The notes below the pieces were generated by a model. It was not told the DNA's origin, did not search any database, and saw only the letters and a program-made list of their open reading frames with translations. Positions 13,710 to 27,190 of a DNA stretch of 64,000 nt are shown here, piece after piece; positions within the stretch are counted from its first letter, which is position 1; every line of letters starts with the position of its first letter. This stretch comes from Raillietiella orientalis (taxonomy: Eukaryota), in the NCBI GenBank assembly GCA_036172245.1, contig JAYWIR010000035.1:1116001-1180000 (forward strand), read 5' to 3'. Made by a program: the position numbers and the translations under genes.

Positions 13710-14080
13710 GGGTGGATGCGCGCATGGGAACCGGAGCGAGAACCAGCCAACAAATCAACATGCCCGGTCTCTTCGAAGGATCACTTCATGCCGGGAGCCA
13801 CTCTATCAGACGCGGGAACAAAGGATAAAGAACAAAAAAAGATGGGGATGCTCGTTGTTTCACGGGACAGCGGGTGGCGGCGGAGGCGTCCTCGATGCTT
13901 CTCAAGAGCTGGAAATCCCAAGGGTGTGCTGGAAGCATCTCTGTTTCACTAGTAAACGGAAAGGTCTCCGCCATCTTCATGAACTGCCTTTCCTTTCGTT
14001 CCGCCGACGCGAAGCTGTTATGTCTTCTTTCAGATGGAGTCTTCAGGCTTCCAACGCAGGGCTGGACGTACTCTACACGT
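13710..14080 (+). mobile_element. Decayed RTE-type RT fragment
   Basis: GTGARTSQQINM (GRGT.DQI), CREPLY, ELEIP (ELGIP), VNGKVSAIF in the expected order. Confidence 0.4.
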
Positions 14081-15426
14081 ACCGGCTAGGACACGCCACA
14101 AGCAATGGAGCGCAGGTCGGCGCGGTCAAGTCGTCTCAGAGCAAGAATGGTCGTGAGGAAGGCCGAAACTGAGGAGGGGAGAGAGGGCACAGCAACGAAA
14201 AAGCTCCAGGGACCGGAAGAAAGATTCGAACCTCGGAGAGGGGAGGAATTCCCTGCTCTTGAGTACTGGTCCTGGACAAGCCTTTCGCGAGCAACGGAGA
14301 GGGTTTCGCGCCGCTGCTCGAATCCCTTCGCGCGGCGGGTGGCAAAGCGCGGAACGAGTCCTCTCGCTCTTCCGAAGGACTGTGCTTCCGGCAGTAGCTG
14401 CTGCGACGGTTCTTCCACGTTGCGGCAAGGACTCTCGACCGCCGGGACGCCGGGAACTCTATGCCGAATGCGAGGCTGATAAGCCTCTCCTCGCGACGCC
14501 GCGCCCGCGGACGGCAACCATAGGAGGGCGTCCGTTTCCACCAGCGTCCTTCCGTGACGAAGAGGAGGAAGATGGCAAGCTGGCCTCGCCGAAGACCACA
14601 AATGCAAGAGGCAGACCGCAAAGAAGACGTGATCTTCCTTGCTTCTTCCTTCCTTCGGCTTCCTCGGGCTGTGTTGCTCTGACCTGCACCCGGCGACCCC
14701 CCATTCCTCTCTTCTTTTCTCTGCATTTTTCTTCCCCCCCTCCCTCCCATCTGCTTGCCCGTCTTTTTTTTTTTTTGTCTTGCGCGGCTGCCAGCCTGCA
14801 AGCCGGTGCTCCCTTTTCATGCCTTTCTGCACTTGCATGTTTATTTATATATTTAATGAAACTTCCCGGCGAGAATGAAAGCAGGGAATGAAAGCAGGGA
14901 GGGGACTGGATAGGTCGACGCGTTAGGGTGCGCAGGCGGGAGGTACACGCGGCAGAGAATTGGCGAGGACCCGTTTGCCACGGGGTCTTCCTCCTTGGGG
15001 AGGCGAGGCAACCAGAGCTCCCGGCTGGGGAGACAAGCAGAGGAGTCACTTCCGGAGAAGTCGCTTCCGGAGCCGAGTGAGAGGAAAGGTCCCGTTGCGA
15101 CTCGCAGCGAGGGCTGGAGGATTCTCCTGGAATATCTCGCCGCTGCCGTCGACGACGCAGATAGCGGGCTGAGCCTCCCTTCGCGCCAGGGGAGCAGGAA
15201 AAGCAAAGAGCACCGGCGCGGCGCGAGCTCACGCTCGAGCCGACCCCCGAGCCTCCTCAAAGGTCGAAGGTCTGAGAAGGGAAATTTCTGAGGCCAAGCG
15301 CGCGCCTAGATGAAGGTGGGTGAGGTGCCGCTCTCCTGAGCAGCCCTCTCGCGCGCTTCCGGAGGCCGCCATCTTCCACGTGGGGGACCCCGTCGCTATC
15401 CCCGAAGACCTGATCAAAGGTCCGCG

Positions 15427-16090
15427 TTGGCGGCCGTGTGGCTGCGGGTCTCCGCGCGTGGCTCCGCGGATTCGAACCCCCGCCCGGGGCAGGATCGACG
15501 TCAAGAACGGGAGGTGGGTGGGGGCGCTCCGTGGGATTCGAGTTTTCTCCCCCCAGGACGGCGCTGGTTGGAACCGGTGAAAGCAGCCGGATGCCCCCTG
15601 CTAACTGGCCGAAGTTGGAAGTCGACCCTCCGGGGTCATTCTGGGACATTAAGAGGAAGGTTCCCTACGATGCTCCCCTCCGGTTGGGAGACGGGATCGT
15701 CCTCCCCTCCCCACCTGATGGAGGATCTTTCATCGCCAGATGGTCGCCTTTCCAGAGTTTCAAGAAGTGCGCTGCTCCCTTCGGGGAGCGCCCTCCAGAA
15801 AAATCGGGAAGCGTTCCTTCGGAGTTCTCTCTTTAGAGGAGGAAACGGAGAGGTTTCCTTGCGAGAGTTCCCTCCGGAGAATAAACGAGGAGTAACCGGA
15901 GAGGATAAGAAAGAGGTGGTTCCCTTCGAAGATCCTTCCCCAGGCGCGAGAGGAACGGACACCTTTCCTCGGAGCCCTTACCGGATCAATAGGGTGGTCC
16001 CCTTCCGGACTGATCTCTATGGGGTAACGAAGAATTGAAGGGTCACGCGCACACGCGGGCGGCGTTAAGAGCTCCGTGGGGTCTTCTCTA
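15427..16090 (+). mobile_element. tRNA-headed SINE-like element, copy A (~660 bp)
   Basis: B-box-like GGATTCGAACCC at 15468-15479. Colinear by eye with the reverse complement of 31490-32202 through head, core and tail (e.g. aatcgggaagcgt, atagggtggtccc). Confidence 0.75.
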
Positions 16091-16953
16091 AGGAGGCGAG
16101 GCGAGCGGCTCTTTGGCACTTGGCGAACCGAAGGTTCCCGAGGAAATGACCGGGGATAAGGGCTTTTAGTATCCCACGAGAAAGATCCAGAACAGCTGCC
16201 GGGCAGATCGGCGATCGGAAGGCCCCCAGCCCTGGAGAGAGGTCTGAGCAGCGGTATGGGGAGGGCGAGTTGTTCTGGAAGGAATCTCTCGAGAAGGGGC
16301 CTGGTCCTCGCCTCCTCGAAAGCATCCCGAGAGTTGCTGTCATCTTCGGGTATCTTCCTCGCGTCGGCGGCACTCTTCCTGCATCGCTTCAGGGAGGGAA
16401 ACGCGGCGCGCTTATCGCTTCCGGGGTCTCCAGAGCCTCGCGAAGCGCACCTCGCGGAGGCGGGCGGAGAAAAATTCCCTCAGGGAAAGGAAGTACTCCG
16501 TCTCGGCGAAAAGACGAGTGGGTCTTGGAACCCCATTGCGGCCTCACGCGGCGCCCCGCAGGCTGCTGGTCCCCCCCAGCCACTCCGCGGAACTCGCGAG
16601 ACGCGGCCGGTGAGGAGGCGGGAAGATGGAAAGGACGCGTACCACGCAGCGCGTGAATACGCCCAGGCAGGTTCCCTGAGGGTGCGCGCGCGCACCTGCT
16701 CGGGAGGGTTCCGGTCCGTCCAAGAACTCCCCTCCCAGTTTCGGGACATTTTGGGTTCCTCCGGCTCGCAAAAAGGGGAGATGAGGGTGTGTGAAGAAAG
16801 CAGCATGCTATTCCTTTTTTTCTGGATGCAAAGTCAGCTATCTTGGGAAGAGGGGAAAGCCGTTCATTGGGGAGCGGAGGGCGAACGAGGTGAGGGCAGG
16901 GCGGACGCCGGGGAGGAGAAAAAACAGCAATTCTGAACTGAATGCCTCCTTCA

Positions 16954-18260
<1,307 letters not shown>

Positions 18261-18499
18261 TCCTCCCTCCCCTCCCCCTTCCGCGTGGGAAACTTCCGAT
18301 ATTCTGTGTTCCGCGACGCCGATGCGGCCTTCGTGAGTGAGAACGCCGTCCACGGGAGACGAACTCCGCTTCGGGAACAGGAAGGAATGCCGCTATCTGC
18401 ACCACAGGTGGGTCAGTGACGGGATCCCCGACACTGCTCGTTCCGTCCTGGTCACACAGAACGTCACAGGGATAAAGGCTGTCTGGAAAACGACCTTCT

Positions 18500-18920
18500 G
18501 GAACAACGGCAGGGAACGTCGCAAGAGGCCATTTGGGCTCCGAAAAATTCCAGGCAGGGTGCTGCGAAGCACCTGCTCATTTCGCTTTTCCTCCAGTCTC
18601 TTAGTCAAGAAGGCATCTGTCCTTTCCCTTTTCGTACTTCCCTTCCAGAGCTCAAAGATTCAACAGGAAAAAGACATGAGTTCGCAGGCATGGCAGTCGA
18701 GCAGGGTCTCTGATGAGCCTTTCGGCCAAGGAACAGCAAGATGACTGGAGACAGTGGATCGGAAGACGTCACCGGACCCCGAAACGTGTGCTTGATTTCA
18801 CCCTGGAGGGCGCCAGAAGAATTTTCCATAGGGTGAGAGACGTTACGCTTGGCGAGGCCGGAAGGATCCAGGAAGATTCACCCGAGTCCAATCTCCAGAG
18901 GGATATCGCGCGAGTTCCTG
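18500..18920 (+). mobile_element. Decayed RTE 3' region
   Basis: AWQSSRVSDE (WQD.VSNE) and RTPKRVLDFTLEGARR...IQED (R.PK.VL...G.RR.GRP...W...I.ED). Confidence 0.45.
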
Positions 18921-19199
18921 AAATTTGTTCGGTATCCCTTATGCAAATGATCGCGCACTTCAGGGGAAGCTGATCCGCTTAGCTTCCGCGAGAGTGAGTC
19001 GAGCTCTGCCGCGGCATTGCACTGCACACTTTCCGGAAAGTGAGAAAAAGACGGGAGAGGAAAGCGGGGTGCGATTCCTCGGCAGGGCGAGTCGCTTCCT
19101 TTTTGTTCCCATCTCCCCCCCCTCCCCGCACAACGTGGCTACTATATGACTATGGCCTCGGAGGTTCCTGTGGGTTGCTACCGGAACTTTCGAATCTCG

Positions 19200-19620
19200 C
19201 GTTCAGAAGCGGGTCTGTCCGTGCGGGAGGGTCACGCCTCCCTGCCGTGGTCCGCGTTCGCCTCGTGGGTGTGTCCAGGGGCGCGAGCAATGATATCTCG
19301 GCGCGCAAGACGGAAGAAGCCACGAGTACGGTGGCGGGTAGACCAACTCTTGCTCTGGTTTTGAGTTCGGAGTGCCACGACCCCTCATCCGGACGGAACA
19401 GCGGCAAGCGGGACCCCAAGAGATCCCCCCAGTCTTTCCCGATGGGACTCGAGAGCAGGGTGCGGGTCTCTCGAACGCAAGGGGCTTCGCGGTGGTCAAG
19501 ATGGACAGGGGGACGATACAGGGGTAAAATGTTCCTGCAAACCGGAAGCTGCGAGCACACAGAGCGAGTCTGTGTGCTGTCTGGAACCTGTTCCAGCTGC
19601 TCCACATTCTCGGAAGCGTC
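19200..19620 (-). mobile_element. Decayed CR1/L2-type APE endonuclease fragment
   Basis: NILPLYRPP followed by GDLLGSRLP (GDFNLP-like). Confidence 0.35.
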
Positions 19621-20214
19621 CTCTGCACGGGATGTGGAATGATTTGGTACTCGTTTGGAAAAGATTCGGCAAAAGGGGGGGGAGAAGTGGAAAGGAAGCG
19701 GCGCAGGATGAGCGACGGAAAAAAAAAAAAAATCTGTTGAAATTTCACGCCGGGAACCGGGCGTTTCCAAAGCAACGGAGCCTCCACACGGCGAGTCGCA
19801 GCTTGGACCTCCATCGGCTCGTAAAGCGGTAGTCCCCAAAGCTTCAGACTCGAGTTCTTATCCGTGGAGGAAGCAGCAAGTGGCAAAACCCAGCAAGGGG
19901 CAAGGTGGTGTGTGCAGTGCCAACACGGAACAACACACAAGAGCATGCGCGGCACCGCGTACATGGGGGCAGCTGTGGCTTCATGTAGCAGTGGGAACAG
20001 GAATTGGCAAGAACACGGACGGGAGAGCAAGCGAAAGCACGTGGTCAGTCACGTTGCGGCGAGAAGACGCGGGCAAACGCGGAGCGTGTCAATGCATAAT
20101 GTCAAGAATGCCCCATTATCCTGCAGCAAGATCTCTGACCTCTTTCTATCTCGATCTGGAAAGGAAGAACTGAAACGTGGGCTAACGCCAAGACGTCAGG
20201 TGCGAGATCGTGTG

Positions 20215-20912
20215 GTGTGATGCCCGTTCGGGCTGGTTGTTTGCTTTCAGCACCATTGCCCTCCGTTATTGTGAACAAGAAAGTTTTTTTTTTGTTAAAA
20301 TATCCCTACCTCCCGTGAATGAAGTTCTTACTGCGAAGCTGGAAGCAGTAAATAGAAAACACATGAGAGGCGTCGTAGGTTGCTCAGAGACGCAATTTTT
20401 CAGCTCGTTCGGTTCCCGGAAAGAAGGTATTCCGGGAGTTCGTTAAGAAACGTCTCCTGTTTCCAATGCAACGGAACAAACGTCTCCTGTTTCCAATGCA
20501 ACGGAACAAACGTCTCCTGTTTCCAATGCAACGGCACAAACGTCTCCTGTTTCCAATGCAACGGAACAAACGTCTCCTGTTTCCAATGCAACGGAACAAA
20601 CGTCTCCTGTTTCCAATGCAACGGAACAAACGTCTCCCATTTCCAATGCAATAAAACCATGTGTGGGCCGACGGCAAATTCTTTTCCGGACCCTTTCTCC
20701 TGAAATACTTGCTCGGACGGTCCATGCTCATTCCACCAGAAACGCACAAATTCATCCTTTTTGTGTAAGGACGATGTAAGCACTATGGGTTTCGTGCGAA
20801 TCAATTTTCGTGCGAGTCCTTTTGTTACCACTACTCTGCATACTCTTCCAGGTAAGAGAGCAGGCCACCCTTTCACAGTCACGTTCTGCAAGACATCTAT
20901 TATATTACTCAA
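20215..20912 (-). mobile_element. Decayed gypsy integrase fragment carrying the minisatellite
   Basis: VKGWP...RVVVTKGL...SLH...FWW (integrase Zn-domain pattern), then PLHW, and HNNGGQW (SDNG.QF-like) downstream. Confidence 0.4.
20448..20651. repeat. 30-bp minisatellite, ~6.8 copies of AAACGTCTCCTGTTTCCAATGCAACGGAAC
   Basis: Directly visible. One unit has GGCAC and the last unit has CCCATTT; there are no spacers. Confidence 0.98.
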
Positions 20913-21504
20913 TAAGAGATCTACTACGCATTAGTAAGTAAGACAAATGGTGTGCACGGCGACGAACATCAGTGCTAATTATGCCTGGAGATTCTGAAAG
21001 ATGCTGACCCTGTTTTATTTATGCACTTCAGATCGCTTTCCGCAACTAAGTGCACTTTCCCAGCTTCACTTGTTCTCACTCGCCTATTAGCAGTTCAGGA
21101 AGAAAACGCTTGGGTTTTTTCGAAGGAGAGAATAAGTTCGTTTTTGTAATACAATCACAGAAGAGGCAAGCGATGACGTTTACTTTCATGCATCCATGCA
21201 CTCACTTCAAATTGGCACGCGTGCAAAACTCCCTTTTCCCATCATCTTTTTACTTGCTCTTTCCGATAGTGGCCAGACTATGGATCGCTTTCACGAGTCG
21301 AGCAAATCAACAGGATCCAGGTCGTGCCCTCAAAGGGTGACCAAACAGGAGGATGTATTCTTGACGTGTCTTCCGCTCGCCATGTGCACACGCATGGATG
21401 CAAAAATTTCGGATCAGCTATATCCCGTAACACTTTCTGTGAGACGCGAATGGATTTCGGTCTTGGTGATCCGGTCCAAGTCAGTCAACGTGAAGCCGAA
21501 TGTA

Positions 21505-22418
21505 CGAGGTGCATCTCAAAGGTAAGGGCGGGTCGGATGTAAAGAAAGAACCAAATAAGAGAAAGAAAAATGTATGAGTGGTTCGAAAGACACACATTCC
21601 CATGTCATTTTTCTACGTGGTCACCATTTTTCTTCCCCCAAACACTTTTGATGCCGTGGAAGAAGCTCACTGAAACGATCTGCATGAAATTCCGCCTCCT
21701 GGGAGGTCAGTCAGCTCAGCACTGCAGTTTTCCACTCCTCGCCTCACCCCTCGGATCGCTGGGCCACTTCTTGAGATGGAGGGAGACGTGGTAGTCACTG
21801 GGCAGGACTGTAAGGTGGGTGATCAAAAAGTTCCCACCCGAATTTCCGAACTGTGGATGTGCGGGCAGCAGTGTGTGGGGCCAAAAGGATGTGCTTTTGG
21901 TGGAGTTTATGGAGCTTGGAACAACCACCACTTCACAAGTCCACTATGGAACACTTTCAAAACTGCCGTTCAGCAAAACCGACGAAAGTGGAATGCTGAG
22001 ATCAGGAATTGTTCTTCTCTTTTACGACAACGCGCGCCTTGGCAACATATGCTGTCCACACATTCCAGACAATTCGGAAATTCGAATGGGAACTTCTTGA
22101 TCACCCACCTTACAGTCCTGCCCAGTGACTACCACGTCTCCCTCCATCTCAAGAAGTGGCCCAGCGATCCGAGGGGTGAGGCGAGGAGTGGAAAACTGCA
22201 GTGCTGAGCTGACTGACCTCTCAGGAGGCGGAATTTCATGCAGATCGTTTCAGTGAGCTTCTTCCACGGCATCAAAAGTGTTTGGGGGAAGAAAAATGGT
22301 GACCACGTAGAAAAATGACATGGGAATGTGTGTCTTTCGAACCACTCATACATTTTTCTTTCTCTTATTTGGTTCTTTCTTTACATCCGACCCGCCCTTA
22401 CCTTTGAGGTGCGTCTCG
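21505..22418. mobile_element. Palindromic mariner derivative: two inverted 3' ends (~350 bp each) with a TA on each side
   Basis: TA|CGAGGTGCATCTCAAAGGTAAG ... CTTACCTTTGAGGTGCGTCTCG|TA. Plus-strand remnant reads VLLVEFMELGTT...GIVLLFYDNAR...ELLDHPPYSP...DYH...KCL..NGDHVEK*, a mariner DD34D C-half. ORFs 21570..21794(+) and 22129..22353(-) differ at one residue. Confidence 0.92.
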
Positions 22419-23167
22419 TACAACTAACTCCGTCCGGACTCGAATGCAGATGAAATTGCCAACAGTTTGAACCGGCATGCGTACGCGCGCATGGTTTTCA
22501 ATTGCCAGCTGAACTGTTTGCACCATTTTCCTCTATGCGCAGAGACCAAAACCACGATACCACTTGGTTTCCACGAACTGTGAGATGACGGAAAACCGTG
22601 TAACAGGGAATGCATCGTGACGGTGCAAATAATAAGCAACTGTGCGTCTTAGAAACTTGCACACGAGGATTACGGAACAAGAGCAATAAAAACTATGCAG
22701 ATGAACAAACGGATTGACGCGAATTGAGACAAATGAATGGAAAGGGAGAAAAAAAAGAGGCCGCATATATATGAAAGGCTCTCCTGCAATGGCGAATGCA
22801 CACAGATCAGAACGACTGCTGTCATCTCTGCACAAGACTGTAGAAAGTAAAAAAGCGCGTGTTAAAATAAAACGGGAGAAAGAGTGGTGCAAAAGCGACC
22901 CACTGTGAAAAAGAGACTACAGAAAACTTTGAATTCGCAAGTACCGATCGCAAAGAGCAACGATAGAAGGGAAAAAAGAAATGCTCTGAGCAGTACCTCA
23001 TGGCAAGAACTTCTAGTTACAGAAGACAATCTATATGATGGTTAAGATGAAAAGTCCTCAACTGCGAGTTCGGGAGTTTTCGTCCTAGTATGGAACGCAA
23101 ATCAGTAAGCTCTCTAAGCAGCTACTGTCGGACGCGATTTTTCGATTTTTGTTTCCAAAATAGCTGT

Positions 23168-25050
23168 GACTTGATGACTTGACTTGATCGCATGTGTGAC
23201 TTCTACAAGACCGTAGAAGTCAACGTCTGTAGAGCAGCAAGAGATGACCACTGAATGTAAAAAACTGGTCTGTCCCCCCCACGCAGAGCTGCGTCCATAT
23301 TCAAGAGGTTATGAAGGAACTCAAGAAATGCTTGCTTGCGTGTAAGGGAGGACAGTAAATAGGGGTACCTATTCCGAGGAGCCGAAAATCTTCCCAGAAT
23401 ACCACTCTGGGAAGAATACTCGAGACCGTCTGCTCTCCTCCATGAAAGATGCTTGAAGTGATCTGCTTGCGCGAATGTTTCCTAACTCACCAACGTGACG
23501 ATTGCAATGCAACAAACGAGACACTCAGATATTGTCCAACATGGAGGTTCCGGATGTTCAAAACGTCTGCCCAGAACTTGTAAGCACCGCTTTCCTTTTC
23601 CTCACGCGATGGAGTACACGCGGCTTCGCTCTCGCGAGTCGTCGCTTCCCGAGCGAAGCAGCCGAGCAGTACCACAGTGAAGGGGAACGTCCTGATGGAA
23701 GACCTCGGGGAACTCGGATGTGCTGGAAGCCTTCGTCGCAGCTCATTTTCCAGACCCAGGGAGCAGATCAGCTCCATGACGAGTTGGATGGACGCCGGTT
23801 GCGTGCACGGCACGGGAGAAGCGTGGGTCGACTCAGTGGGACTTGCTTGAAGGTGCGGCATGCTGAAAGCCGCGAGCCGCAGGTCTTCAAAGCTCGAGGA
23901 AGCTGCTGACGAATGAATTCCTGGTGGTCTCTCTGCAGTTTCCTGTCATCCTTGCTGCGGACCCCGAAATCAAGCGGGGACGCAAGAGTTCATTTGCCAT
24001 TCTAAACGAGGAAGCCTCTCATTAATCTCTCATTATCCTTTCCAAAAGGAAACCTTCTCTTAACTTGCAATCTCGTTAAGAAGGACGCGACCCCATAGAG
24101 CTGTAATGGAATTACACGCCCTCGTTCTAACTTTACGCTGACAGACGTTAATCATCATTGTGAAAGATGGCATCCCGTTACACTAGGTCCAGTGCTAGAC
24201 TGTGGCAACTGCTCGCAATCAAAGAACAAAAGTCGGTTAGCACCCAGAGGAAGCTCAAGAGAGAGGTATGCGTCCAGAGCAGAAACCCTCCCCGACGCAG
24301 GAACGGTGGAAAAGAATGAGGAGATGGCAAGGAGCACTGGATACAAGGTTGCCAAGGGAGCGGCACCAATCCCCCAGTATGCGAATTTTCGCTTCGATTT
24401 CTGGATTCTGGAAGGAGAAATCGCTACTTTGCTGGAGCTTCACGAAGAGCGAAATGCTCAATGCAAATCCGGCGCTGTAGATCTGCCGAGTTCATGATTG
24501 GCCTCTTCGAAGAGGTCTCGCACTTCGGTTTAAGCTGGTTCGGCGACCGATGGATAGTCTTGATGCCAAAAGGGTTCTGAGCTGGAATCTGGCTCGCACC
24601 AGAGTGGCGCGTGGATGCTCAGAAGTCCTCCGAGAGCACGTCGTCTTAGCTGCCTCAACTCACTGAACAAGGCGGGAGGTGCTCTCATTCGCCGAATCGT
24701 ACCATCAGAAAATCGAAGCGCTCGCCGAGTCGGCTGCCTCGCTCCTTGTCAAGATTTAGAGGTAGGAAAGGGGGGAGAGAAACGCCTCCAATGGAAGAAA
24801 AACTCTCCTAAGCAAATTTCCTTACTGTCGGACGGGAAGTTTTACTCTGATTATCTTGCTGCTGCCTCCAGAAAGCACTGTTGATGACTTACTTTTCGTG
24901 CTCCAAGCATCACCTTTAGGTGTCCGGAGGAACCCAGGAGTGAAATCCCGCTAAAGACTGAGCTTTCATTAGTTTTGTTTTCCTTATGGTAGTTTCCAGT
25001 CTTAGGATCTCCGTCGAATTTCTTCGTTTGCCCCAGCATTTCAACGTTCT
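23168..25050 (-). mobile_element. Decayed RTE LINE with recognisable 3' end
   Basis: Ordered motifs KENKTNESSVFSGISLL (K.D.....YRGISLL), QCSLPSPHSF, LLFFD (LLFADD), MMINV, ENELRRRL, VVLLGC. Ends in a (CAAGT)n-like tail at 23168-23187. Confidence 0.55.
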
Positions 25051-26299
25051 GCTTGCTGAGCGCGAATTCGGAACGCAAAAGTCGTGAACTTAGTGCGCGC
25101 GCGCCAACTCCTCTCCTTCCAGCTTGCTAAAGTAAAGTCTCGTCTCGAAGCTGGGAAGTTCGAGGAGTAAAAAATGGCCCAGCGTCCAGATCTTTTCCGG
25201 GATATTTCATCTCGAGCATCCGCGTTCAGCCTGGAAGTTATCCAGCTCTCTAGTACTTGGAGGCAAGCATAACTTGCCCCCGATAAGCTGGATAATTCCA
25301 TAATGCAGGTTGTCGAACACTAATTTTGGAGAACTTTACGGTAAAACACATCCACTTTCTCCCATCTTATCGGACTACATCTCTTGATGTCAACGCATTT
25401 AGATCTTAGTGAATCTTGAGTGATCGAAAATGTTCCTCAGTGCCATCATGTAACCACATGGGTCGCTGGTTCCTTGGTGAGTTCACTGAGCACCGTTTGG
25501 CCACTTTCCCAGGAGGTGGACCTCCTTTGCTTAAGAGGAAGCCGTCTCAAAGGGTTCTCACAGATGCAGTGACGAACGCCAGCACACACCGTGATGACGC
25601 GAGGACGAAAATCATCATGTTAATGACCACTTCATCAGAAAACAGAAGTAAGGGATAATCGAGGATGGGTGAAATCAGGCACTTCGAATTTTGCCTTTGT
25701 TGCTCACTCTGTTTCCCCTTTAAGGTCTTCTTTCTCGAGGTTATCTTTGCTACTGCTGATCTATCTCTCCAAAGTCTTCCATGAACTTTGACTTCCCGCA
25801 GTCCGCGCCCGTGTGTCTTCGACAGCTCACTGGCACTTCACAGTCCCAGATGCCCCTGTTCCTCAGTCTCAGAAAAAGCAGTCACAACAAAGTCGAACGC
25901 ACCATCCTTTCAGATGAAGTGAAATAGCAGGGACCTCGAGCAGATGTTTTGAACCTTGAAGAGGCTGTTTCTTGCGTACATTTTGTCGTAGCGGGAATCC
26001 AGAGTCTAGTGTATTCGGCATCGATTCCGAGTACCGGGAATCTGATGACCTCCTTTCATACCCAGTAACGAGAGAGAGGACTTTCTTGGATGAAATCCTC
26101 ATGACACTGTACCTTATCTTTTGAGTTTCACCTGCGTTTAAGAGCACTATTGCCTTCGCTTAGATCTTTTGTACTTCTTTCCAGAGATGTGGCTCCAGTA
26201 CGCAGTCAGGCGGTGCTGGAATGCCGGAGTGACATTTCTTCATGCTCCTCCGTTCTTGGTTGGACGATCTCCGAGACGTCTCCGAATGCCTCGTCGCCC

Positions 26300-27190
26300 T
26301 TCCGATTCTGGGATCCCGGCGATCCTATCGTTCGAGTCCTTGGCGGATCCACTGCTCTTCTGATTCTTCCGCAGCTTCTTGCACCTCCGTTGTTCTTCCC
26401 ATTCTCTTTCCAGCGCCTTCCAGCACTGCCGAGTTGTCAAGCAGGCAGCCACCGCCGAGTGGGACGACTCCGTCCCAGGAGCACCCCGTTTGAGTAGCCA
26501 AAGTTCTGGTGTTGAATGGCCGGAGATCACCGGCTCCCGTTTGCCCCGCGCGACTCCCTTGACGAGGCGAATCGGGCAGTCTCGGATGGTCTCGGAGCGG
26601 CGGCTGGAGAAAATGAGGCAAGGACACGCATTGAACGCCACCTCCTGCACGTTTGCCGCTTCTCGTGGGAACCAGGACGGTAAGCTGAGGTGGGGTGCGC
26701 GGATCGGCAGTCGGAGGAGCGCGTGCAGTGACCGTGGGCATGGAAGAAGAGCCGATGCTCGATGCCACCCCATGAGGGACGTGGTGCTTCCTCCTGGAGT
26801 GGTCGCTACTCGACGAGGGACTTTCGTGGATCTCTCCTGCCCTTGCGTGAGGCCAGAGGAGAGAGAATACGCCACTCCCGTGCCTGCCAGACGTGGACTC
26901 CAACTCTTTGACTGTTGCTTTCAGTCCGTCTTCTTGCACAGTCAGGCCGCGGGCCGAAACAAGCGCTCTCCGCGGCAAGATTCGCGTTCAAGGAAAGGAG
27001 GAGGCGCAAACGCGGCCCATGGGATCCACCATTTCACAATGATGATTAACGCCGAATCTTCCGACGATGCAGAATTCCGACATTTTCACCTTCGCGTATG
27101 TGACCGCTCCAGACCACGTGGCCGTGTGTTTCTGCAAGTGGAGACTGGAAGTTTAAGTTTACAAGTTCGTTCTTTTCCGGGTGAGTAGCA
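26300..27190 (+). mobile_element. Decayed RTE RT fragment, opposite orientation to the 23-25 kb copy
   Basis: GSTALLILPQLL, SAFQHC, KMRQGHALNAT (GVRQG..LSP), FTMMINA. Shares an exact 20-mer with 24146-24165 in inverted orientation. Confidence 0.45.

Noticed and set aside
18710..18735. Hammerhead ribozyme (CTGATGAG-CC-TTTC-GG-C)
   Set aside because: The required GAAA is CAAG, no stems I/III are evident, and it lies within an RTE coding remnant.
20448..20651. CRISPR array
   Set aside because: Contiguous 30-bp units with no spacers, no cas genes, and a eukaryotic intron context.
26325..26978. Minus-strand endonuclease completing a full-length RTE
   Set aside because: Plus-strand RT motifs fit better and in order; this shows how uncertain by-eye calls on decayed TEs are.
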